Source: Lingula anatina (Eukaryota; Animalia; Brachiopoda). Taken from it: 64,000 bases of DNA. The stretch is taken from contig CM120640.1 of the NCBI GenBank assembly GCA_051362555.1, forward strand, positions 25,158,225-25,222,224. Direction: 5' to 3'. Shown here piece by piece: positions 13,001-23,845 of this stretch (the first letter of the stretch is position 1; each line of letters starts with the position of its first letter). The notes beneath the pieces were generated by a model. That model had not been told where the DNA came from. It did not search any database and saw only the letters and a program-made list of their open reading frames with translations. A program made the position numbers and the translations under genes.

Positions 13001-14553
13001 TTATGATCGCGGTGAGTTCCAACTATCAGGACGGATGCGTTTGGGTACTGCGCGTGCACCTGTATTGAGTGTAACCAGAACAGCAAGCTGTTCAGAGATG
13101 TTCGAGCATCGAGAACAGCGTCCTTCAAGTTGAACACGACAAGGTAAATCGAATGTGCCGCCATGAAGATGTGATGTACGGAATGGTAGAGAGCATGCCC
13201 AGCATAGTCTCGCATTACCAATTTGACTCTTTCCCTGCGACGATGGCGCGCTTGTAAAACTTTGCTCGGGGAGAGCGAAGTGCTTTTGAATTTGTCGTTG
13301 CCGTGCTTTTGAGGACTTCGTTTGAGGCTGTTTATTAAATGGAGAAGCTCGACTCCAATAACAAAAGTTAGACCGACAACATGTTTGCCTAAATTAAAGT
13401 TTCGAGGAAACCTCCATCCTAACATGAAACTGAATCCAAGCCCGGGTATGATTCCTATGGCGTAGGTGATGAGACGACGCGTCTGCGGTTCACATAAAGG
13501 TGATACACGCTCTTTAAACAATAGGTAGAGTTTCTGTCCCACGGAAAGAAACACGCCGTGCCCGTAACCACAACCCAGGCCAAACACAAGGGTAAAAATA
13601 CTGCTGCTTTGTGTCTCTGCAGCCCTAGAAGCGACAATGGCAAGAGCAGGGACAATAATCCAAGAAATGACTTGTGGAAATTTTTGAGTCCCCAATCCCA
13701 CGCAGGTAGATAGCATGAAAATGGCTTGATGGTGATAAAGGCCAATTGGGCATGTAAGTGGTTGCGAGTCTGTGGCCACGGGAGTGTCCATAATACACAG
13801 AGTCAGGGTCATGCCAGTCCCTAAAGACATCCCACAGGATAACCCGATGTAACTGTCTATTAAGAAAAACAACACAAAGCCAAGTGTTAATGCTGGAAGA
13901 AGACCGTAGTCAGAACTCACTTGCTCAAAATGTTCGTGGAGTTGCCATCGGCACACACCGTCGGACCATAGCGCCAGAATGATCACGCCTATTGCTATAC
14001 CAAACCCATCCCGGAGTCCGAAGAAACACACAGAAACTGCATACGTTAGAACCAGAAGGAATCCCATCCATGGGACCTGGTCTGAAACACGTATGCTGAC
14101 ACACAAATATGCTGACAGCAAGCCAGCTACTAAGAGTAAAATCTTAAGAAAACATTTACAAGACGCCAAAACGGCGTTCTTTGCACTAACCTTGCGCGAA
14201 GGTTTTAATCGCATAAGTGTGTGTACTCCAAGCGCTTCCTCGAATTCCGAAGCGTTTGACAGAGCTACGTCAACCGTTTTCCATGACTCCGTTAAACCCG
14301 ATGTGTCCACTAGTCTCTGTTCAATACCGACGGTGCTCATTTCGTTCATATCAAACGGATCACAGGTCAACATTTTCCTAAGGCTTGTTTTGCCTTGTCG
14401 CTCTTTTCCGACGATGTTAACGACCACTCTTTGGTGAGCTTCTTTCCCTTCGTCTAAAGCGGTTTGCTGAGCCTGCAAACCAGCAGGACCGCTTACAAAC
14501 CCAACACCAGGTGTAAGACCCATCTCAAAAATGGCGTGGCTTTCGTCGCCCAT
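10090..14553 (-). CDS. Roco-family protein (Roc GTPase with a multi-pass transmembrane insertion, COR, death domain), about 1054 aa
   Basis: Exons 14553-11893, 11679-11566, 11170-10984 and 10292-10090, phases 0/0/1. G1 GKERQGKTS, G2 STVGI, G3 DYAG followed by YHSVHHIF, G4 VGTHRD, G5 region FPVEN. COR-like segments MLNFFHFIGEIIY, VFDPQLLV and YIVPKLLP. C-terminal death domain DWKGLAAQLG...VLTEW...VSDVINCLRDMGRLDLV. An acceptor at 14595 and a donor at 15566 suggest a 5'UTR exon. Confidence 0.88.
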
Positions 14554-17291
14554 AGTTAGGGCAATGGTGAGCTCGACACGAATTTCTTTTGTGACCTGAA
14601 AAAAATGGGAAATTCCGACTGGAGGTTATGTTTTCATGGAATGTGTAGTTGCATTAAGCTCTTATTATATCTTGATCTATCTTGCACTACTATCGAACAT
14701 TCGTGTCTCTGCGCGTGACTCGATTCTTTCAACGACATTTGGTTTTCCAATTATCGTCTTATAAAAAAAACAATTTAGTATATGTTTGCACAACATTACA
14801 TTGCATGTCTTTGTAGCACGCTGTTTAAGTAAACCACAACTATCGATAATATTAGATATGTGAGAGATTGGTTTCTGTCGGAACTCGTATAAGTGAAATA
14901 TAAAATCATTTAATTTCAAGATGTGATGTTGATATATAAAAAACCGATGGTAAACCATGGACAATTATCTAGTATAATTGCATTCTAGTTTATAAAATAT
15001 AAATTTTGATTTTAACATTTTGGAAATATCATGGCACATACATGTAGGAGCGTTTGTAGTTATGACGCCTTCCTCTTTTGCGTGTGAGATAATACACTGT
15101 CACCCAAGCGATACATGTGCCAGAACACCTCGAGCGTCAGCAAGAGGTATTCAAGACATATTGCGAGAGGGTGGCAGTGTGTTTTTTTTGGCATACGTAC
15201 CGGGGGAAAGTATTCGCGTCTCACTTATTAACGTAAGTGTTATATCAATAAAGTGTTGATCGCCGCGGGCATATAACATCTCTAGGTATGTATTGGTCTA
15301 CAAAGGATCAAAGGGGAACACCTCGCCACCTGAACAATGCTGGCGCATTTTATTTCCGCTTTAGCGATGACACGAAGCATCTAGACAGTCGGCTACTTTC
15401 CAATTATGCCCTATACGTTTGGCAATGATTTAGGTCTACCTTTCCATGCCCAGCCTGACGAGTAGGGTAAAATAGCTATCGATCCTCTCACTAATCCACT
15501 CTTTATCAAATCTAAAAGGCGAATCAAAAGAACAAGAAAAAACAAATACATCACTCTCAACTCACCCTCTTAATCAATCGACAAGTTCCTCAACTCTTGC
15601 TGAATACTGCCAGTGCATCCCTAGCAGCTTTAACAATGTATGCTTTACCAACTTTATACTGAATTGACAAACGACAGTAAGAATGTCTTCTGCACCTCCG
15701 CAAGAAACACCTTCTGACTCTCGAATATTTACCTGTTTGTCATTTTTCTTGGCACCAGACCATCGTGCACATATTAGGACTTTCCGAACGTTTATTTTTA
15801 GCATAACGACACTAAGCGTGATATCTGACAACGCGGACACGAAGCTGATAATGGAGCTGTCAAATTAACCCTAAATTAAACCACTAGTAGAGTGCGTGTG
15901 ACAAGGTCGTACCAATGGTGTCTCCTTTTTTCACATTGGGCGTTATACGTATCGGTATCGAAAAACTTAAAATGGCCCTCACATACATGTTTACTATAAA
16001 TTGTACCTTTACCTCTGAGAATGTCATATATTGTAGAGGTAGATTCTTTATACCTATAATCGTAATAGTGAGGAACGCGTGAAGAGCACAGCGGTATGTT
16101 AGATAATTCGTGGGGCATTTTGGTCCAAAGTAAAAATCACCAGTAACAAGAAACTGATTTAAGAAAAGCCTAATAATACCGGTACATTTTCCATGATAAA
16201 TATTAACTGCAACACCGAGTAAAAAATTGATATAAAAGAGTTTTTACTTCTTATCCGTAGCTACACAAAGCATAAAGAATTGTATCGATACATGTAGCCG
16301 CTCTGGTTATTACCCGCTCCCCACCCCCACCCCCCAAAAAATAATAATATACAATCACATCTCGTTAATCAACTTTAGCTGGTAACAGTGGTTTTGCAAT
16401 CACTCACCTTACCAGTCATAGCACGCGCCCCTCCCCTTCAACGGGATACGGTTACATAAGAAAAATCTGTATATCAAATTCCTTTCAACCGGTATTTTGT
16501 TTTATTGTGGTTTGCAAACATCGGCTAAACCGTGGATACAATTTAATTTCTTGACATGCTATTGACACTGGTTCAATTTATCCGTAATTTACACACTACT
16601 GCCAGTCCTTATGTTTGAACATTGAGTCATACTTCCTGCATCTGCTATCTCCATAAGTCAAGAGCTTAAATTAATGTCCCAGTGTTATTTTATACATCGT
16701 GGGAGAATGCACCGGTCTTTGATCATCTTTAAAAACGTTTAAATCGATTATCAATGTTTAGCAATGTATTTTATTCTCTCTCCGCTGTACACTTTTTTGG
16801 GGGGTTAAACATATTTTCAAAAATTTTAGGATTTTTTTTAAATAACGAATTATTATAGGCAATGAATGAAAAGATAATGCTGTAAATGATTCGATCATTA
16901 TTTGAATGAAAACGGTGTAAATTACTGTCGCCTTTGAAACACTTTTCACCACGATACAACCTTCATTGAACTTTAAGCAAGAGCTAGTACAACTATATGT
17001 ATATAGGTAGAACAACATCAGGTGCCACGGCCTACGAGTAGGAAGTTAACGCTGTTGATACTTACTGTATGTTCGAATGTTTCTAAAACGTGATACGTAA
17101 AGGTGAATATTTCTAAAAAATATTTATCATAGCATCATGAATATTTCTTTACTGTTTGTGCGTAAGAACCAAGTCTGAGTAGGTTACGTCTTCTTTTTTT
17201 TTTTTTTTTTTTGTCGATGGAAAATGTACTTATTACAGTGAATTGCCAAAGAAGCTATATCTAGCTATGATTTATTTTGTCTTTTCATTCA

Positions 17292-18840
17292 TTAGCATTC
17301 CAAGAAGCCTTTCTCTTGCGAAAAAGTCAGTCTCCAAATTTGAGGTGGCGTGTTCAAGCTTACAAATACAGTAGTTTCGTCCGAGGAAGATGAAATATTC
17401 CCTCCCCACCTGAATGCAATACCCTCCAACTGTTGACTTGTGGTAGGTATTTCAAAATCCCGACTTTCTGAAGTCTCTAAGTTCCAGGAACGGACAACGG
17501 CTTTGCTATCCAATAATGCATACAAAGTATTGTTATAAACACTTAAAGCACCGATTTTCTCGTGGACGTGTAAAGATTGTAATGCCACTGGATGTGAATG
17601 CAATTCGGAGGTGCTGTTGTTGGTGTTGAAGGTGAATATCTGGATGAATTGCTCTGAGGTAGCGAAGAAGGTTCCAGGCCTATTCTCCATCTCTCCGCTG
17701 CCGACCCAAACACTGTCACTGTAAGCAATGCCCCCAAAGCTAGGATCACGACCTGCGTGTGAATACCAAACTTTATAATTTGTACAAGTTATTTAGATTT
17801 TTTTCTTTTTCAGAATAAAATATCACACAGTTTATAGCCCTGACCTACGTTTCACTAATGAAATTAGGCAAATGATTGATAATGTAAAGGAATTTGTACT
17901 TTGATAAAATGTAGCTCTAAAGTAGTCAAGCAAAATTTTTAAAAGCTGGTCTTAAAACATTGTTATATATTTTCATGTAAAACAATTTAAATGTCCCAGT
18001 TAATTGGATATTAATAAATTTTGAGTCGATTAAAGTGCTTTGCTTTACAGAAAGGCCCACCTTTGACTTCTCTTTTGATGATAGGTCTTTGTAGGCCTAT
18101 TTAGAAGTGTGCTTTTCAAAGCTTTTTTAAAGTGAATTTTTTTTGCACTTAAAAGTGTTGTTGCTAATGCTACATACATCTGGGATTATCATGAAAAATG
18201 CTAACAAATTTTTTTTCGGTGAGATTACTGTAATCAAAACGAACACTATTTACTGTTGGACTGTAATTTGTCTAAAATCATATTCTAAGATAGCTACAAC
18301 AAAATAAATCCCAAACTTTTAGATTTCCTTTTGACAGTATGATCAAAAAAGTTTCAAATCCACAAAACAAGAAAAATGGCCCGGTTTGTTTTCATTAATT
18401 ACCTAAAAGGTGTTTCATTTCTACAACATCTAAAACCGTTCTCTTCTGAAGATCATACATCAGAATTCGGTTGGTTGGGAACTCAGTGGCGATGTATATG
18501 ATTTGAGGTTTATCTGCCTTTGTGAAAGTAAGTCCTTGAAAATCGTACTTCTCCTTCCCTAAAAATACAATAAATGGACTTAACAAGAAAAAAAACTGCC
18601 AAGAATAAACAATAAAACTTATTGCAAAATTCACCCATTCTTAAAACGTTTTGCTGGGATATATATATGTGTAATTTCAATTTTATGCCCCAAGAATAAA
18701 AGTTTCCTATACATATATTTTGTTGGCCAAGATATGTGATGGAGACGCAAAAGTCCAGTTTAGGTATACGTATTAGATGACGGATTAGAGCTCAATCCAG
18801 TCAACCCCTTTTTTAAGTCATGAAATTAATCATGGTAGGC

Positions 18841-18906
<66 letters not shown>

Positions 18907-19520
18907 TACGCATTACTTTGGCGTTTCAAGAGAAATGTTCAACTTACCTCTGACATGTATGCTTTCTTCCAGAACTTCAGTGTAGATATTTATTTTGGCT
19001 ACGATGTTGCCTGAACACGCCCACAGGTACCGCCCCGATGGATCTAACACCACGTCACTTGGTTCAAAGAATACGGGGAAAATCGTGTTGAGCTTGTGGC
19101 AGCGGCTGGATTCGTGTAGAATATTACGAAAACCTTGAAAGTAGTCAATTTGTTATGTAGGATGCTAGTTCATATTTAATCGGCACATATTCTTACATAA
19201 CCCTTTTGCAAGTCTGATAAGGTTCTATATAGGAATTGGGAAATATATCTAATCACATACGCTAAGTTTTTAACTATTCATCAGCAGTTACACCATTTTG
19301 AAATGTGTTGTTCTCACCATTCCCAATTAAGTTTTCCTTTTCCAGTCGTTTCAGATAATTCCTGGATTGTAAACTGAGCATTGACAGAATGGCCACACAC
19401 AGAAACAATGTCAACACAGCAGGACCAAATGCATCCTGGTATCCAGTCTTTGAAGTATGCTTCAGCCGATACAGCCGTAGCTAAAAGCAAACCGGCAATT
19501 CTGGTCTTACGTTTTGATAA

Positions 19521-19556
<36 letters not shown>

Positions 19557-22500
19557 CTTGAATGCTACTGAAATATTACAATAGCCGATATGCAAAAGTG
19601 ACAACGGCAATGTCTTGTAGCACTAATTAAGTAAATTTCATTGAACCACAGAGAACACATTTTGAGATGTCAGATTTTGAAGTTCGGTGTGCCTTTTATT
19701 CGCCCATGGTCAATAATCATAACGATATTGTCGTTATTTATTAAAGAAAAAAAGGTTTGTACTCACGTAGTACATAATCGTGGCATAAATGAGCATAGCC
19801 ATTGCCAGTGGAAGAAGTAAGAGACCTGTGATCAGTGCTTCATTATCTCCCAGTGCAACAAGTGCTCCGCTCAGTGTCACCTAACAGGTGGTAGAAAGGA
19901 TGGACAGAAATGTGGTAGTGAAGACGTAAAGCTATTTTGAGTTGATTACTAATCCGAATAAGGCAAAGGCCCCATCACATTTGTTTATATAATGCCTGCA
20001 TGTTTATATCCCTATACGGCAATTCATAGAAATATACAATTTGTTAGAGATAAGATGAACATTTCTTAAAAACTTTTTGAATGAAAATAAGTTTACAATA
20101 CATAAATATATAAATAAATTACTAGTAGCAACGATGCCGTCAGCCATTGAATGAAGGTTCTTTCGTTTGCAAAGTAAGTCTTGGGTTCTACTTTCAAGCG
20201 TCTCTTTTTTTGGGATGTCGCACAACCTGAAGCATTTTTCTGAAAACTTCTCGAAAACTTTGGTAGTTTTGTATGTCGGAGACGCAGTGCACCTACATCA
20301 ATTGAAATATGGGCATTTACACTTTTTATCGAATGTGAAGTGATCTTTTGAAAAACAAGTATTATATAGACTTTTTAAAATTATATTTATAAATCAAAAC
20401 ATCTTTACAAACGAACAAAAAAATGAATGAAAAATATTCTTATTTTGAACCTCCGCATAAGCCGGTTTATACGCACTGTTTTGCAACATTTCAATAAGGG
20501 GAATAGTCGGCATTTTAGCGTTCTCGTCTGTCACTTGGATGCTGCTTTCCCCAGTTCCACAGTTTAATGAATAGGATGTTGAATCTCCAGTAGTCTCTAT
20601 GACAGAATTTTGATTCACAGATAGACGGTGATCGTTTCCCTCTTGATGCAGTAAAACCTGTGGAAAAAATAAATAAAGAGCGCCTACATCATTTATTAAG
20701 CTGGGGACGCGTTAATGTTTTGAAATAAAAACCACGTTTACGACTTTTTAAATGCTGAACGGGCCTCATAGTAATTGCGGCTAATCGTCGCCATGCATAC
20801 CTTACTAAAACCAGTTTTACTCCCGTGAATGGTGACATCAGCGAACCAGTCTGGAAACTCCTTTATCCTGTGAGGGTAGAAACAGGTTGTCGCTTGTTGA
20901 GATTTTGAGAACTTTTCCATGCGACGGACACTAGGGTGCTCTAATAGAAGTCTTAGCCATTCAGGAAAAGTAGACCCAAGCTCTACTTTGAGGATGCTGT
21001 ACGGGAACTCGCAATAGTGGCGGTTCTCAACTATTTCTAGGAGAGAATTTGAAGGAGATATTATCGAACATGTTGCGTCAGCTTTGAGCCGTCTATTTGT
21101 AGGCATCTTAACGTTTAACCCAATAAAAATGATGTTCATCATTTTAAACCTCTTTTGATGATATGAAATCGTTAGATGAATTTATTAGCACGTAGAAAAT
21201 TAATTTCAAGTACTTTATTTAACTCACCATCTTCGTTTCGCTTCCATTGTGAATTTTGTCGGCCACCCTCATCGACAAAAATGAGATCAGAATCTAAGGT
21301 GATTCTGACTTCATTGTCATCAGGGCTTTGAAATATCATTCTTTTGCATGCCGTTCTCACCAAAGGCTCCAAATTATCTCTATTGATGACCTTCTGTGCC
21401 TCATTTCTCAAACGCGTCTCTGGTTTGGCAGAATCACAAAGAGAGGCAATTGGTTCTCCTGAAAATAAAGTTCTTGTATCCACTACCGTGAAATGAATAT
21501 AGACGTGAAATGAATATAGGTTTTTGATCTAATAATGTTATATGGGATACATGCAAAAGAATAGGTATTTTCACTTGAATTTCTTAACATGTGACTGTAA
21601 TAAAGGTAAGGCAGACAAAGCATGCTCCCATACCTTTTAAATAACTGAAAACTTCCTCTTCGTTCAACGGAAATCGTTCCGTTTTATTGCAAATACTTTC
21701 GCTGTTGTAGGTTTTCTTCTCAACGTATACTATCGAATCAAGTGGACTTGCAAGAGGAACTACCTGTAGAAAAGTTGATTGACAGGTACTAATCCGTAAA
21801 TTTCGTTAAAATCAATAAATCTTAATTACATAAAAAATTGCATATCTTGAAGCAACAGAAGCAATATCATTGAATCAAAATTTAAAAATATCTGATTGAT
21901 TTAAATGACATCAAGGACTATGGTTTAAAACTCACGTCTTTATCGAACAACGTTTTGCGTAACCCAAGTTTACATTTCTATCCATTACCCCATCAATTCC
22001 GAGTATTCGGTAACTGCGTGTAACACACAAGCATAATGGATTACTATTGCTCACCAACTAAACACCAAAAGACTAAGAGCACGGTTAGTACCGGACAGTG
22101 TCTTGAAATCTGACGCAGTGACTGATCACTGTAAACATACCTCCCTCCCTTGTGAAAGGTTGTGCCATCGCAGCCGTATGGCCGTGGCGCTTTCGTCCAG
22201 TCGCTGGAGGCTGTGGTAAGAGAGCAGATCTGAGTTATCCAGAAAAACCGAGGAAACCAATGTCATGAAAGGCGGTGTGCTTTCTATGAGACTCTCGTGA
22301 GGCTCGGGGTTGCAATTAAGCTGGGGACTTATCCTGAAAATTTAGTTTTTAAAGTTAATAAAAGCGAATCTTCTGCTCGTTTTTTACGGGTCACGAGACA
22401 GTACTTTTTCTAAAAAAAAAATGGTAATAAATTATTGCAAACGGAGGATTGCTCAACGCGTGACTTAAATATAAAAATATTGAAATATTGGTAGTCTTCC

Positions 22501-23845
22501 AGCGTCTTGTCTCATGGAACCAGTGTAACGCCGTACACCAATTAAGCATGTACACGTGATTGTATTCCACCACTATGTCATCAGTCAGGGTCCAGTATTT
22601 TTCCCTTTTTCGCTGTTTTAATGCATCTCGTCTCACGAAGCGTTCTTTCATAGTTGCGGCTCTCTTTGAAGAATTTTGTCTAGCTATCCATTTTGGCTAT
22701 TGATAAATGGGACTTTGCTATCAAATCTTAACTTGAATATCCTTCTCCCAAAATTCTAATATCTCTTAGATCCCATTTCCAGAGATTAGATCGATCTACT
22801 TTAGATCGACCTAACTCCCTGGGGGTTCACGCTAAATAGCTGTCAGCCGGGCGGACACGAAAGCTAATTACCCCCTTACAGCTTGTAGTAGGCGGGACGG
22901 ACATTTAAGCCGGATTATCTGACAGTAATCTAGGCAGACTCCCCGCGGGAATAGATCGATCTAAAAGCTCTGGGAATACAGCCTTATTTCAGGTTCTGAA
23001 TGGTAGGCTTATTCAAGAAAAACAAAGTGCTTGAGCCATTTAGGTGATTCAGGTGCAAAACCTGAAACGCCTTTGATATCTAAAAATGATTAATTTTAAA
23101 TAGTGAAGCGTAGTGAAGCATAACGAAGCGTAAAAAAAGGGATTTAGAATGGGTTTACAATTTGGTCTTACCTGTACATGTCATTTCGAATGCTGATTGG
23201 TAGATGCTTGATGAGTTCGGTCTTAACCGCAAAGACATCCTCTGTTTTTACCAAGTGTTTTAAAATGTTTCGCTCAAACAGTTTTTCTTCCACATTTTCG
23301 CGTATTTTGTTATTTTTTGCTTTGTCTTTACTTCTTGTTTCTGTGTAAAGAATGCTAATGTGGAAAAGAAATGCGTCCAGTTCATTTAAATATCTGGCAA
23401 AGAAGGCACCATGATTCTGTGAAAAGTACCAGTCGCTGGTTATCCCTGTGATTAGGTCGTGTTTTTCAATGACGCGGTCCATTCCTTCTCTGTTAAGCAT
23501 GATGAATTTTTCCATATCTTCTAGTTCAGTAACGAAATCATCGATGAACTCCTTGAATAATAATTTCTCAGGAATTTGGCTATCGGTGTTTCTGATGTGC
23601 CCCCCGCATTTTTCTTGGTCTCGGTAATATTGAAGGCGCTGAAGGGTCATGCGTAGTTCCTGGAGCTTCAGATTTATAAATGTTTTGATCCGCTCCAATT
23701 CTTCGTTGAAAAGAAGCAAAAACTCACCTTCCCCGGTGGCCCCTGTGATGTTGTGAGCACAGTTTTTCAGAGATTCGTATCGCATAAAGTGGTGTCCGTT
23801 TTTCGATCGGAGACAGTACTGATCGCTCCTCCCCTTGAACTTCAT
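17292..23845 (-). CDS. Vtc4-like putative polyphosphate polymerase: SPX, VTC (TTM/CYTH tunnel), DUF202 (3 TM), C-terminal beta-propeller-like domain, about 964 aa
   Basis: Twelve GT-AG exons splice without stops: 23845-23172, 22333-22141, 21763-21634, 21458-21228, 21036-20801, 20657-20477, 20292-20123, 19880-19767, 19480-19318, 19133-18948, 18558-18403, 17752-17292. The exon 6/7 junction has alternative in-frame choices. SPX motifs: MKF, RYESLK, LNREGMDRVIEKHD. VTC motifs: FERNILKH, SSVFLDN, AIRLRW, VYVEKKT, ERFPL, VRITLDS, FPYSILKVEL, KFSK, FPDW. DUF202 motifs: KVEPKTYFANERTFIQWL and YQDAFGPAVL. Confidence 0.9.
18843..18904. repeat. (TA)n microsatellite
   Basis: Perfect run in an intron of the Vtc4-like gene. 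Confidence 0.95.
19521..19546. repeat. (GT)n microsatellite
   Basis: Perfect GT run in an intron of the Vtc4-like gene. Confidence 0.9.
22769..22983. mobile_element. MITE, PIF/Harbinger (Tourist)-like
   Basis: Imperfect terminal inverted repeats (gatcccatttccagagattagatcgatcta ... tagatcgatctaaaagctctgggaatacagcc) flanked by TTA on both sides. Lies in intron 1 of the Vtc4-like gene. Confidence 0.6.

Noticed and set aside
12413-14437. Several + strand ORFs of 63-152 aa
   Set aside because: Antisense shadows of the long Roco exon with no recognisable motifs.
15574-15840. 88-aa ORF as a possible extra coding exon of the Roco gene
   Set aside because: Its frame stops before the 15566 donor, and the frame compatible with the next exon contains a TGA; best read as 5'UTR.
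17292-23845. Possibility that the Vtc4-like gene is fungal or protist contamination
   Set aside because: It is contiguous with animal genes, and its intron style, microsatellites and MITE match the rest of the window. Not formally excluded without read-level checks.
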